Source of the DNA: Candidatus Latescibacterota bacterium
GTDB lineage: Bacteria; Latescibacterota; UBA2968; GCA-2709665
Assembly: GCA_965237675.1 (NCBI GenBank)
Contig: OZ250150.1
Location: 4,224,001 to 4,288,000, forward strand
Length of the DNA: 64,000 bases
Direction: 5' to 3'
Shown here: positions 38,690 to 48,682 of the stretch, piece by piece
How the letters are laid out: every line of letters begins with the position of its first letter
Position numbering within the stretch: position 1 is the stretch's first letter
The notes under the pieces: generated by a model
Seen by the model: only the letters and a program-made list of their open reading frames with translations
Told to the model about the DNA's origin: nothing
Database searches by the model: none
Translations under genes and position numbers: made by a program

Positions 38690-40768
38690 TCAGCAGGCGA
38701 CTGTGAGGCTGCTGATCGGGCCCTTCACGTCCGCGCTATTGACAGAACGCACCCGCATCGTGTTCAGCCCGTTGTGCAAATGCCAATCGAACGCATCCGG
38801 GCACGATTTCCACTCTCCTTGATCAACCCTTGACAGATAACCAGCGAAACAGGGTGTGTGCGTCTGCAGATTAACCTTCAGCACGACTGGATCCTGCGTC
38901 ACCTCAGCCGTATACCGGGTCCGGTTCATCGTGGGATAAAAATCCGAGCGACGGTTCGTGTGATTCGTAAAGTGGGACAGTGGCGGCACCTTGTTGTCTG
39001 CCCAGTTGAGATACCCGTCCCAGGCCCACACCTCCGTACCCTGACTCACCGGCAGCGGACGCGGCTGGCTGAACATGTTGTTCCGGGGGATCATACGGAA
39101 ATGACAAAACGACCGGAACAGAAAATGCGCCCCTTCCGTCGTGGAAAACTCGTGACTCCCCTCCCGTATTGCAATCGGCAGGTCACGAGCGAGGGATTCC
39201 AGGTCCTGCCGGAACAGGTATGGACGGTCCCAGCGTTCGACTTCCTGAAGCCTGTCCGCCAGAACCCGGTGCACCTCGAGCGTATCCAGCGGCAAACGCG
39301 TCTTTGGATCGTACCAATAGTAATCCCGCGTCGCGTCCAGATGAACCCACTTGCAATAATCGTTCGACCAGACCTCGGCGATCTCGTGCCCCGTCATGCC
39401 TTCGCTGTGAAAGTTCACGTGCCGCGCCGGAAAACCGAAACTCAGGCAGGCGGCCACCAGGGCTACGTTGGGATACAGACACATCTTGTCGCGCCGTCGC
39501 TCGCGATACCGGTTCATCACAATCGCACCGCAGGCGTCCCGCTCGAGCAACAGCCATTCCAGGACGTCCCAGGGATAGTGCCGGCACGGACCCAGCGGAA
39601 CGGAATACGCCCACGCCATCAGGCGCTCGATGGCTTCAAATTCCGTCTGCGCCCCGGCAACCACGGCATCCAGTTCGAACCGCTCACGCAGTTCCCGCAA
39701 CGTGCCGTGCCTGTAGTCCTCGTCCGCAATCCAGTACGAAGACCGGCGGATGGTCGGGTTCTCCGCCGCGACGACCCGGGGCAGCGGCTCCCGGTCCGGG
39801 CGCACCTCGGCAAGGACCCGCATCGCCTTCAGTACGGGTGTGTATGCCGGATCCGCCGTCTCAAACTGCATGCGCCATTGCAGGTAACGTCCGGCAACGA
39901 CCACCACCGGTGATCCGCATTCACAAGATTGCCAATCGCTCCAGCCCGCCGCATGCAGCAGCGGATCCGTTCCGGTGCGCACGTCACAGTGGACGGCGGT
40001 ACCGGCGGGGACCTCGACGTCCCAATCCAAACGCAGTCCACGAACGGAATGGCGCCGCTTCACACCCTCCCCTTCCCCGGCGGCATCGATCACCGTTGAC
40101 ACTACAAGTCCGTTCCCGCGGTACCCATCCGCGATCAGCCGGAGCACATATTCGCCGCGTTCGGACTCCCACTCACAATCTCGGCGAATAAAACTCGACG
40201 CCGGCAGCACAACCGGATCCGGCATCCCCTTTTCGTAATCCCGATAATCCGCCACCATCAGGCTCCATCCCACCCGCCCCTCGACGACATCCACAACCAC
40301 GCGGTTTTCGCCCTGTCGAAGGCAGCCGACAGGGAGTTCCACGTAATACCATCGACTCCAACTCCACGCGCCGTCATCGGACGCCAGCTCCCAGTATTGC
40401 CTGGCATCGGGCGTGGCCAGCGGCGATGGCGGCCGGAGCGCCTCCTGTCCATTGACGTTGAATCGCAATGTGGCCGAATGACCCCTCCGCTCCCGCGCGA
40501 TAAAGGCCAACCGCGTCGTTTCGGAAGGAATTCGGTGCAGCGTCAGCACTTTTTTCAGCGCCAACGGGCCGGAAACCTCCACAAACGGATCCTCGTCCCG
40601 GTCGTCCGACCGTCCGACGCCGGGGCTGTCGTTCTCCACCACCGAACCCCTGAATAGACGGATACCTTCATCCTCTTCGCCCATCCAGAGATTCGTAACG
40701 TCCCCCGTCCGGTAGATCTCCTCGGCGGGACAAAGGTTGTGAACCTGCCTGAATGCCTCCACAGCCAT
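38690..40768 (-). CDS. Transglutaminase-like domain protein
   Basis: Cys-His-Asp arrangement 'KMCLYPN', 'GHEIAEVWSNDYCKWVHLDAT'. Confidence 0.75.
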   Translation of the reverse strand: MAVEAFRQVHNLCPAEEIYRTGDVTNLWMGEEDEGIRLFRGSVVENDSPGVGRSDDRDEDPFVEVSGPLALKKVLTLHRIPSETTRLAFIARERRGHSATLRFNVNGQEALRPPSPLATPDARQYWELASDDGAWSWSRWYYVELPVGCLRQGENRVVVDVVEGRVGWSLMVADYRDYEKGMPDPVVLPASSFIRRDCEWESERGEYVLRLIADGYRGNGLVVSTVIDAAGEGEGVKRRHSVRGLRLDWDVEVPAGTAVHCDVRTGTDPLLHAAGWSDWQSCECGSPVVVVAGRYLQWRMQFETADPAYTPVLKAMRVLAEVRPDREPLPRVVAAENPTIRRSSYWIADEDYRHGTLRELRERFELDAVVAGAQTEFEAIERLMAWAYSVPLGPCRHYPWDVLEWLLLERDACGAIVMNRYRERRRDKMCLYPNVALVAACLSFGFPARHVNFHSEGMTGHEIAEVWSNDYCKWVHLDATRDYYWYDPKTRLPLDTLEVHRVLADRLQEVERWDRPYLFRQDLESLARDLPIAIREGSHEFSTTEGAHFLFRSFCHFRMIPRNNMFSQPRPLPVSQGTEVWAWDGYLNWADNKVPPLSHFTNHTNRRSDFYPTMNRTRYTAEVTQDPVVLKVNLQTHTPCFAGYLSRVDQGEWKSCPDAFDWHLHNGLNTMRVRSVNSADVKGPISSLTVAC

Positions 40769-40951
40769 TTTCCGATCTCTGTCGATTCATATCCGTGCCG
40801 CGACGTTCAGCCCTGGACGACATCGGTACAGGACAGTGACCCAAAACCGCGATCCGCTGGCACCAGGGATTCACAGCCGCCGACCGGGCTTATTCGCGGG
40901 ATATTCCCGGCGACAGCCGTCGCCCCGTTTGCGTCGAAGATGAATGACCGC

Positions 40952-42190
40952 CTATTTCAGATAGGCGTTCTCCACCTTCTCGAGAGCGGCCACGATGTCG
41001 GACTCCTCCTGCTCCCCGTAGTTCTCATGGATCGGCATCGTAAAATGGCTCTCGGCGGCCGCCACGGCGTTGGGGCACGGGAACGTGGCATTGCGGTCGC
41101 CCCGATAGTCGGGAAGACCCCAGGGATAGTCGCTGTTTCCGAAAACCTTGCGTTCCTTGAACCAGGTTGCCTCGGACGGGATATGCCTGTAGGATACCGA
41201 GGCCGATATCCCCTCAGCCGCGAGCGCCTTGACGAAGTCGGCCTTGTCCACACTCAGTCTGGCCGTATCCAGGTGGAACCGAAGGAACCAGTACACGCAC
41301 TCGGTACCCGGCACCTGCCTTCCCATCGACACCGCCTGCAGATGTTCGATACCGTCCCGTATTGCATCTCCCGCCCTTCGCCGGTTATCCGCGATCTCCC
41401 CCAACCGGCGCAACTGGACCCGTCCGATCGCCGCGGCCAGGTCGTTCCCGTTCATATTCAGGCTCGCCCTCACGTTGGAGAGTCCGCTCCCCTCCAGATT
41501 CAAGGGCTTGCCCCGATCCGAGAAACGCTTCACCCGCCAATAAAGATCCTGATCCTTCACGAAGACCACCCCGCCCTGCGACCCGGTGGCGTGATGCTTG
41601 CCACTCATCGTCGAAAAAGTCCCCAACGCCCCCATGCCACCCACTATCCTTCCCCTGTACCTGGCGCCGTGCGCCTGCGCGCAGTCTTCGATCACGGGCA
41701 ACCCGCGCGCTTCGGCAAGCTCCAGAATCGGGTCCATGTCCGCGGGTTCACCGGCGATATGCGCAACGATGATCGCACGCGAATGCTCGGTGAGCACAGC
41801 TTCGATCTGTTCCGCGCCGGCGTTGAATGTGCCGGGGGCCGCATCCGCCACAACCGGTACCAGGTTTAAAAGCGCCACGGGCATCACCCCTCCCGGATCG
41901 GTGATCGGCGGCACCACCACTTCGCCCGGGACCTCCAGTTCGAGGGCCCCAAGCGCTGTGTACAGAGACGTCGTGCCCGAATTCACCAGGTCAGCGTACC
42001 CGCCGCCCATAAAATCCGCAAAGTCCCGCTCGTACGCGCGTTCCTCCGGCCCATCGTACCCGAACGCGTTGCCCGACCGGATACTTTCGTCGAAGAGAGC
42101 CATCACCGCCCGCTTCTCCTCGTCGCCGAAAAGACGTCGTGCGGGCATCGGCACTGTACGGATCTTCTCACCGCCATCGATCGCCAGCAT
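40952..42190 (-). CDS. DegT/DnrJ/EryC1/StrS PLP aminotransferase
   Basis: 'MLAIDGG', 'VNSGTTSL', 'IEDCAQAHGA', 'FS..SGKH..TG.QGG'; start reassigned to the ATG at 42190. Confidence 0.9.
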   Translation of the reverse strand: MLAIDGGEKIRTVPMPARRLFGDEEKRAVMALFDESIRSGNAFGYDGPEERAYERDFADFMGGGYADLVNSGTTSLYTALGALELEVPGEVVVPPITDPGGVMPVALLNLVPVVADAAPGTFNAGAEQIEAVLTEHSRAIIVAHIAGEPADMDPILELAEARGLPVIEDCAQAHGARYRGRIVGGMGALGTFSTMSGKHHATGSQGGVVFVKDQDLYWRVKRFSDRGKPLNLEGSGLSNVRASLNMNGNDLAAAIGRVQLRRLGEIADNRRRAGDAIRDGIEHLQAVSMGRQVPGTECVYWFLRFHLDTARLSVDKADFVKALAAEGISASVSYRHIPSEATWFKERKVFGNSDYPWGLPDYRGDRNATFPCPNAVAAAESHFTMPIHENYGEQEESDIVAALEKVENAYLK

Positions 42191-42212
42191 ACCTCTTGCC
42201 TCCTGAAGTTTG

Positions 42213-43073
42213 TTAAGATATGGGGCCGGCAAAGGCTGTCCACAATTCATCGATGCCGTTGCCCATCGCCCGTGCATCCGGAAAACATCGATAGACCATC
42301 CGCGTATGTGCCACCATCTCGGCGCCCGCCGCCAGATCCCGGCCATAGCACCAGTCGTGCGCGGTATCCCATCCGTGGTACTGTCCGGTCAGGTATGTTG
42401 TGAGAACGGGGTCGCATAGAAACACCAGCGTGAACCCGTTTGAGGAATTTCGGGCAGCCAAAATGGGCACGCTGAAGTCCCGGTCTTCCAGATCCCGATG
42501 CAACCCCTTGTTTGGATCACCGAAACGTCCATCCTGAAGCATTTCGCGCGACAGCTCGTCTCTGACAACGCCGAACGTCCGATTGATTTCCACCCGGTTG
42601 TTCAGCCTTGTCCAGGTTCGAGACCCGTCGGCATTGGCTAAAGGCGCCCAGGTCTCATTGAAAACCTCGGCAATGTACGAGGCGAAAAAGATCTCAAAGC
42701 GTTGAATATCCACCGACGGGCGGATTGTCATCTCCAGGTCCACCGCGTCGCCGTGCGGCCGATATACGAGATCCATCTCCAACCCGAAATCCGGCTCCGC
42801 CGGGAAGTGGATGGCCACCCCTTCCTGCGAAAACTCGTGCGACACCTTCCTCGCCAGGGAGAGCCGTCGTGGGTACATCACCATCCCCGAACCCGGCCTG
42901 AGATAATATTCAGCATTCAAGAATGCCTTATAATGCCGAACCACCCCCACCCTGTAGTCTCGATGCATCAACCCGCAGATGCCGTGGTAATTCATATAGG
43001 GTTGAATACCGCCCATAATGTCGCCGGTATCGAACTCGTAACATTGAGACAGGTCGCTCCAGGCAATCTGCAC
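42213..43073 (-). CDS. Hypothetical protein (beta-sandwich, possibly mutarotase-like)
   Basis: 286-aa ORF co-oriented and tightly spaced with the DegT gene; no recognised motif. Confidence 0.6.
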   Translation of the reverse strand: MQIAWSDLSQCYEFDTGDIMGGIQPYMNYHGICGLMHRDYRVGVVRHYKAFLNAEYYLRPGSGMVMYPRRLSLARKVSHEFSQEGVAIHFPAEPDFGLEMDLVYRPHGDAVDLEMTIRPSVDIQRFEIFFASYIAEVFNETWAPLANADGSRTWTRLNNRVEINRTFGVVRDELSREMLQDGRFGDPNKGLHRDLEDRDFSVPILAARNSSNGFTLVFLCDPVLTTYLTGQYHGWDTAHDWCYGRDLAAGAEMVAHTRMVYRCFPDARAMGNGIDELWTAFAGPIS

Positions 43074-43129
43074 AACCGTCCTCCGAAAAATCGCGTCGCT
43101 GTCCGGCCGGTCGATCTCGCCGGGCGCCG

Positions 43130-43363
43130 TTAACGGTACTCCCGGCCAAACTGGCGCCCGATCGAGGTGCCTTTTCGCAACCGGCCGCCTCTCCGCCCGG
43201 CGTCCAATTCAAGGGTCTCGACCAAAAAATCCCGGGCCCGGATCTCATTCTCCGACCCGGCCAGGCGCGCCCCGATGTCGTCCGCCAGAACCAGTAGATT
43301 CTGATGCGCTTCTGACGACCTGAAAATCTCCTCCAACACGCGCTTTTCGATCTCGTGGCTCAT
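43130..43363 (-). pseudogene. Truncated N-terminus of an M28-like peptidase
   Basis: 'L.VLADDIGARLAGSENEIRARDF' resembles the M28 'IG.RL.GS' start; GGAGG SD; the frame then degenerates and stops. Confidence 0.55.
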
Positions 43364-43580
43364 CGTCCCTCCGATAGCATCCGGGCACATATAGTAAAGC
43401 CGGCCTTCCTGAATGGGTCGTACCTTCGTGCGCCTTTAGCCCGCAAGATAATATCCTGGGGGGGCAACGCAACCGGATTCTGGACACGCGAAAAGCGCGA
43501 GAATGGAATTCCCGCGCCAAAACGTAGTGAAACCCCACAGGCAGCACGTGGGAAGGAGGCGAAATCAGGCGCCCTTGTAC

Positions 43581-44267
43581 TTACTCTTTCGTAATTGCCG
43601 TATCCGCCGCGGCCTCCAGATCCAGCTTCAGCGGCCCCGACGTATCTCGCTTCGCATCGATCAGAACCGGCGCTGCTGGAGGTGTAACGGAAGGGGCAGC
43701 CGCACCCACATCGATGTCCGGACCCGTACTGTCCGCTGCCGCCGACTCCGGCTTCCTACCCCAGAAGTCCGGCGTTGCATTCAGATAGTAGGTGATGTTG
43801 TTATCGGTCAGATATACCGCTTCTTCGGACGCCAGACGCACATAATTCTTGCTCCAATCCCGCCTGGACTGGCCAAACACAAAGGCGGCAAGTTCCGTTC
43901 CTCCGGCGTTCCTGACGGACAACCGGATGCCGGCTGAATCGTCCACCGAATACACGTCCCAACGATCCGTGCGCCTGGTCATCAGGGTTGTGCGCTCGAC
44001 CGTCAATACCTTGTCGAGCAGATTGTCAACCGGCGCTTCTCGAACCTCCAGGGAATCGTGGCCCACGATGCGCCAAACCTCGCCGTCGAGACGCAGTTCA
44101 ACGCGTTCTCTACTGCGTTCGATTACAACCTGCTGCACATCGCCCCGGCTTCCTTCAAAAATCGGCTTGCCCGCAGCCGTATATCTGGTCTTCGAAATCT
44201 GAACGTATGCGACACCGGCGACGAGCGCCAGAATCACGACCAGCCATATCCTCACCCGTTTAGCCAT
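43581..44267 (-). CDS. DUF4340-like protein of Gld-type ABC operon
   Basis: N-terminal TM, 'W.I', 'YVRL..E..VY'; last gene of the GldA-F-G-like operon. Confidence 0.7.
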   Translation of the reverse strand: MAKRVRIWLVVILALVAGVAYVQISKTRYTAAGKPIFEGSRGDVQQVVIERSRERVELRLDGEVWRIVGHDSLEVREAPVDNLLDKVLTVERTTLMTRRTDRWDVYSVDDSAGIRLSVRNAGGTELAAFVFGQSRRDWSKNYVRLASEEAVYLTDNNITYYLNATPDFWGRKPESAAADSTGPDIDVGAAAPSVTPPAAPVLIDAKRDTSGPLKLDLEAAADTAITKE

Positions 44268-45762
44268 ATTGCTCCTCCAACATCCTTGCACGGCCCGCTT
44301 CCCGCCGCCATCGCAGCAGACCGTAGGCAACGATCAGAACCGGCGGCAGCAATACATTCAACCATTTCCAACGCGCCTTCTCCGTGTCGTCGAGTTCCAT
44401 CAAAGGCCGCGTCGTAATTTCCCGGGAGCGGAGTGCTACGAGGTCGCTATCCCCCATAAGAAAATCGACGATATTCGCGATAAAGATGTAATTCTCCTGA
44501 AAACTACCCCCGGATTCGTCATCGAATAACCCGGAATCACCCACCAGAACCACCTGGCTCATTCCCTGTGCGCCTTCCCGCTGGGCCAACGCACCCACGA
44601 CCTTCCCCGTTTGATTCAGCGTATTGAAGAACGGATTGTCCATAGGCCGAAGATTGAAGAATCCGGTCATGATTCCGGACCGGTCCGACGTATACATCAG
44701 CGGCGTGGTCTGCGTAACATCCGCAACCGAATCAGCCACGGCAATCTCGCTGCTGAAAAGCAGGCGCACCTGCTCGAGCCCGTCCACCGTCAGGTGCTTG
44801 CCAAAACGGTGTATCACCGGAAAAAACGGATACTGTATCTGCGAACTCATCTGAAGAAATCCGTGTCGTTGGCTTATCGTAATCGCGCTGCATCGCTGAT
44901 CCAGCACAAGATTTTCTTTCACCCGCAAACCCGATGTATCCAGAAAGTCAAATAGATTCGACTGTACTGCCGTGCCTCGCTGACCCTGCAAGTCGCCGGT
45001 CACACGCCCCTGCCCTATAAACAGATTTCCGCCCCGGTTCGCAAACGCCTCAAGGTTTTTGAGCTCATCTTCACTTAACGAATCCGTCACCCCGCTGATC
45101 ATCAACAGGCCGATATCGTCGGGAACGGGGGAAGCCAGCCTGATGTTTCGAACGAGGTACGACTGTTGGAGCACGGTGGATATATTCCGAACCCGGGGCG
45201 GCTGGGCGCCGATGATCGCAAAAGCGACCGCCTGCTTCTCCGTATCCAGCAGTTTTTTGATCTGTGTGGTGATTTCGTACTCCAGGCCGGTTGTGCTCTC
45301 AATCACGGGAATCACCTCCCGTCCGTCCCCGTAAAGAAACACCATTCCCATGTAGACCCGCTTCACTTCCAGCTTGTCGTTTTCAACCACCTGGAGTTGC
45401 ACCGGTTGAATTCCGTATTTCCGCGCTTCGTCCGCCAGCGTCTGATCTTCTTCGGGCCGGAAAAACTCGAACCGCACGCGCCCCCCGCCGAACGCTTCGT
45501 ATTCTTCCAGTATATCCTGCAGGTAGCGCCGGTTGTTGCCGTACTGACCCGGCAGATTATTGGTAAAGTAGACCTTCATCGTCAATAGATCTTCCACCTT
45601 GTCCACCACCCGTTTACTGGAATCGGAAAGCGAATAAATCCCGTTCGCCGTCAGGTCCAGCCGAAAAAACAAATCTCTGGACACAAAGTTCACGGCCGCG
45701 ACGATGACGACCGCCAGTAGCAGATAGGTGGTGAACGACCGTCTATTGTTAACCGCAAACAT
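44260..45762 (-). CDS. GldG-like ABC auxiliary component
   Basis: 'FRLDLTAN.IYSLSDSS', 'LEYEIT', 'IRSR/LRSRE...RPL', C-terminal TM. Confidence 0.85.
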   Translation of the reverse strand: MFAVNNRRSFTTYLLLAVVIVAAVNFVSRDLFFRLDLTANGIYSLSDSSKRVVDKVEDLLTMKVYFTNNLPGQYGNNRRYLQDILEEYEAFGGGRVRFEFFRPEEDQTLADEARKYGIQPVQLQVVENDKLEVKRVYMGMVFLYGDGREVIPVIESTTGLEYEITTQIKKLLDTEKQAVAFAIIGAQPPRVRNISTVLQQSYLVRNIRLASPVPDDIGLLMISGVTDSLSEDELKNLEAFANRGGNLFIGQGRVTGDLQGQRGTAVQSNLFDFLDTSGLRVKENLVLDQRCSAITISQRHGFLQMSSQIQYPFFPVIHRFGKHLTVDGLEQVRLLFSSEIAVADSVADVTQTTPLMYTSDRSGIMTGFFNLRPMDNPFFNTLNQTGKVVGALAQREGAQGMSQVVLVGDSGLFDDESGGSFQENYIFIANIVDFLMGDSDLVALRSREITTRPLMELDDTEKARWKWLNVLLPPVLIVAYGLLRWRREAGRARMLEEQYG

Positions 45763-45765
45763 CGA

Positions 45766-46479
45766 CTACCTCCACTTTCTCATCTCCAGGACCCGCAGGG
45801 TGAGCGCCAGAAACAGCCAGATCATCCCTGCGAAATAGATAAGATTCCTGGAATCCACGACGCCCCGTGCAATATTTGACAGGTGGAAGTCCACACTCAT
45901 GTATTGGGCAATCGCCGCCAACCCCGCAGGCACGAAAAGCAGCAGCTTGTCCAACAGGAAAAACACCATGATAATTGCGATCGCGACAATCAATGAAACC
46001 ACCTGGTTCTCCGTCAGGCTGCTCGCAAACGTCCCCACGGCCGCGTAAAACGCGCCAACAAGAACCAGGCCCACATATCCTGTAATCGCCGCCCCGATAT
46101 CCACGTGAGTGCCCACGGCCAGTAGCGTCAGAAAATGCACCAGCGTAAACAGAAGACCCGCCACGATCAGACTCACCGCAGCCAGGTATTTGCCCGCAAC
46201 AAATTCAACATCCTCAATGGGCATGGTAGATAATACTTCCATGGTTCCCAGGTTCTTCTCCTTCGCGATCAGTCCCATGGAAATGGCTGGCACGAAAAAT
46301 AGGTAGACCAGCGGTACGATGTTAAAAAGTGCCCGCATATCGGACTGACCGATAAGGAAGAATGTGCTCGTAAAGAAGTACCCGCTCAATACCGCGAAAA
46401 TCACGAGAAAAATGTAGGCCATAGGGCTATTGAAATAGGAGCGCAGTTCTTTCAGATAAATCGCCTTCGCATTACGCAT
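45766..46479 (-). CDS. GldF-like ABC-2 permease
   Basis: 'KELRSYFNSPMAY', 'EK..GT.E.L.T.P', 'SSLTENQ', 'RGVVDSR..IYF'. Confidence 0.88.
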   Translation of the reverse strand: MRNAKAIYLKELRSYFNSPMAYIFLVIFAVLSGYFFTSTFFLIGQSDMRALFNIVPLVYLFFVPAISMGLIAKEKNLGTMEVLSTMPIEDVEFVAGKYLAAVSLIVAGLLFTLVHFLTLLAVGTHVDIGAAITGYVGLVLVGAFYAAVGTFASSLTENQVVSLIVAIAIIMVFFLLDKLLLFVPAGLAAIAQYMSVDFHLSNIARGVVDSRNLIYFAGMIWLFLALTLRVLEMRKWR

Positions 46480-47416
46480 GGGACGACCCCTCCCCGGTGA
46501 GATTCCTGAATACGTCCTCCAGCTGAACTCGTGCCTGGCTCATTTCCAGAATCACCCATCCATTGTCTTTGGCATAATGAAAAATCCGCTCTCGGGGATC
46601 CGTGCCGCGCTCGTATTCCAGAAAGAGCGTGCGAGACCCATTGTTTTCCGCCATGCCCGTAAGCCCTACACCCGGTAACTGTTCGGGCAGCCCCTGAACG
46701 CTCTCGTCTTCAGCCTGTCTGACCTCCAACGTCATCTGGGTCTGTCCCCTGAAACTGGACATCAACTCCTCCCGCAGGCCATCCGCTACGATTTTTCCGT
46801 TGTGAATGATGATGATTCGGTCCACCGTCGCCTCGATTTCATGCAGGATGTGGCTGGACATGATCAGTGTCTTTTTACGCCCGAGAGACCGGATCAACTC
46901 GCGGATTTCTACAATCTGGTTGGGATCCAGCCCCGTCACGGGTTCGTCCAGAATCAGAATATCCGGATCGTGCAGCATGGCCGTTGCCAGGCCAATACGC
47001 TGTTTATACCCTTTTGAACATTCCTGCACCGCCCGGTGAACCACGCCGGCAAGCCCGCACTGCTCGACCACCCTCTCCAACGCCTGCCTGAACGCCCGCC
47101 CCTCCATGCGTCGAATGGTCGCAATAAATGAAAGCAGATCGTAGACGATCATCTCTCCGTACAACGGATTCAATTCGGGCAGATACCCGATGCGCTTGCG
47201 GATCTCCAGGGAATCGTCCACAATGTTCATGTCGTCCACGAAGACATCGCCGGCCGTAGCCGAAAGATACCCCGTCATTACCTTTAGCGTCGTTGACTTC
47301 CCGGCCCCGTTCTCGCCCAGAAATCCCAGGATCTCTCCGTCGTTGACCTGGAAACTGATATCCCGAACGGCCCGGACGTCACCGTAATTCTTGACAAGAT
47401 TTTCGACCCGGATCAT
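46472..47416 (-). CDS. GldA-like ABC ATP-binding protein
   Basis: 'GENGAGKST', 'SKGYKQRIGLA', 'LDEPVTGLDPNQI'. Confidence 0.9.
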   Translation of the reverse strand: MIRVENLVKNYGDVRAVRDISFQVNDGEILGFLGENGAGKSTTLKVMTGYLSATAGDVFVDDMNIVDDSLEIRKRIGYLPELNPLYGEMIVYDLLSFIATIRRMEGRAFRQALERVVEQCGLAGVVHRAVQECSKGYKQRIGLATAMLHDPDILILDEPVTGLDPNQIVEIRELIRSLGRKKTLIMSSHILHEIEATVDRIIIIHNGKIVADGLREELMSSFRGQTQMTLEVRQAEDESVQGLPEQLPGVGLTGMAENNGSRTLFLEYERGTDPRERIFHYAKDNGWVILEMSQARVQLEDVFRNLTGEGSSHA

Positions 47417-47636
47417 GCACGGCCCTCCTCCAAACCATGGTGCCCAGAAAGACTCTGAGCGCATTGAAGTTCAACCGGAAAATTAAAAAAAAAAGGCGGA
47501 CCCTGTCAAGTCCCAACTTCGAAAAAATCCCGCCGGTCCGTATCGCCGGCCCTGTACGTGGGGATGCCCGGCTCGCCGAAACGCATCCCGGGGGCCACCG
47601 GCGCGGCGCCAAATGGGTTCCTGAGCCTGATTTTTC

Positions 47637-47665
47637 TTGACACGATAATACAAATCCTGTATTTT
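47637..47665 (+). promoter_or_regulatory. Sigma70-type promoter of the ilv/leu operon
   Basis: TTGACA, 17 nt, TATTTT. Confidence 0.65.
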
Positions 47666-47714
47666 TCTTACTTTAAGATGCAGGACGGTCGGATCCTAAT
47701 CGGAGAGTGCGACG

Positions 47715-47873
47715 ATGAATCCCAAAGTATTGTCTTACCCGCCGGCATCCTCCGGCGCCTGCCCCTTCCCGGTCCCGCACCCACCCATTGCGGCCACCGT
47801 CGCACATACGGATATTTTTGTCCTCCCTGCATCCTCAAGCCTCTTATTGTCCGCCATCCTTCTGGACAATTAG
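47715..47873 (+). promoter_or_regulatory. Putative leader peptide (52 aa, ending ...IFVLPASSSLLLSAILLDN) of a Leu/Ile/Val attenuator
   Basis: GGAG SD, BCAA codon cluster at the 3' end, alternative pairings 47838-47845 / 47882-47890 / 47940-47947. Confidence 0.55.
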
Positions 47874-48000
47874 ACGTACAAAAGAGGCTCTCTCCCACGT
47901 CGCATCCCCTGAAAAATCAAGAAATGCCAAACCCGGACTGAGCCTCTCGGGCAATCGCCAGGTCGGTGCCCTGTCATATCCTTGCCAAAGGGAATGAGCA

Positions 48001-48513
48001 ATGCAAAAAAAACACACCATTTCCGCGTTGGTCGAAAACCACTTCGGTGTCCTGTGCCGCATTTCAGGCCTTTTTTCCAGCCGGGGGTTCAACATCGACA
48101 GCCTCTCGGTTGGAGAAACCGAAGACGCCACGACGTCCCGCATGACCATTGTGGCGAGAGGCGACGATCGTGTGCTGGAACAGGTGGTCAAACAACTCAA
48201 CCGACTCGTGGACGTCATCCGGGTCATTGACATCACTCAAGGTGAATTTGTAGAACGCGAACTGGCGCTCATCAATGTAAAGACCCGAACCGCCACACGT
48301 TCCGAGATCATCCAGATTGCCGAAATATTCCGGGCCGGCGTTGTGGATGTCAGTACCTACTCGATGACCATCGAAGTCACCGGAAAAGAAGACAAAATCG
48401 CAGCCATGATCAACATGCTGCGGGACTACGGGATCAACGAAATCGCCCGGACCGGCACGGTCGCACTTCTACGCGACTCCCAGATGAAGAAAGACGCTGA
48501 CGAAGAGAATTAG
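48001..48513 (+). CDS. ilvN: Acetolactate synthase small (regulatory) subunit
   Basis: 'VENHFGVL.RISGLFSSRGFNIDSL', 'KQLNRLVDV', 'ERELAL', 'EIARTG'. Confidence 0.95.
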   Translation: MQKKHTISALVENHFGVLCRISGLFSSRGFNIDSLSVGETEDATTSRMTIVARGDDRVLEQVVKQLNRLVDVIRVIDITQGEFVERELALINVKTRTATRSEIIQIAEIFRAGVVDVSTYSMTIEVTGKEDKIAAMINMLRDYGINEIARTGTVALLRDSQMKKDADEEN

Positions 48514-48682
48514 CCTGGCGCCCTGCCAATCGTTCAACTTAGGGTACGACGGAACGGACTCCCCTCGCATCTCGATTTGGAAAATCGCGAACCCAGCCGG
48601 ATACAGAGGGCGGAACCGCAAGGTCGGAGGGTTACTTCGGCCGCCAAATGCCTGCTCCTGACGAAGGAGGCGATAACACTCC

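Noticed and set aside
43581-47416. Evidence of gliding motility
   Set aside because: GldA/F/G-like ABC operons with DUF4340 are widespread in non-gliding bacteria, and no gld/spr motor genes are present here.
47666-48000. T-box riboswitch before ilvN
   Set aside because: No GGTGGNACC T-box motif or U-tailed terminator was seen; a leader peptide fits better.
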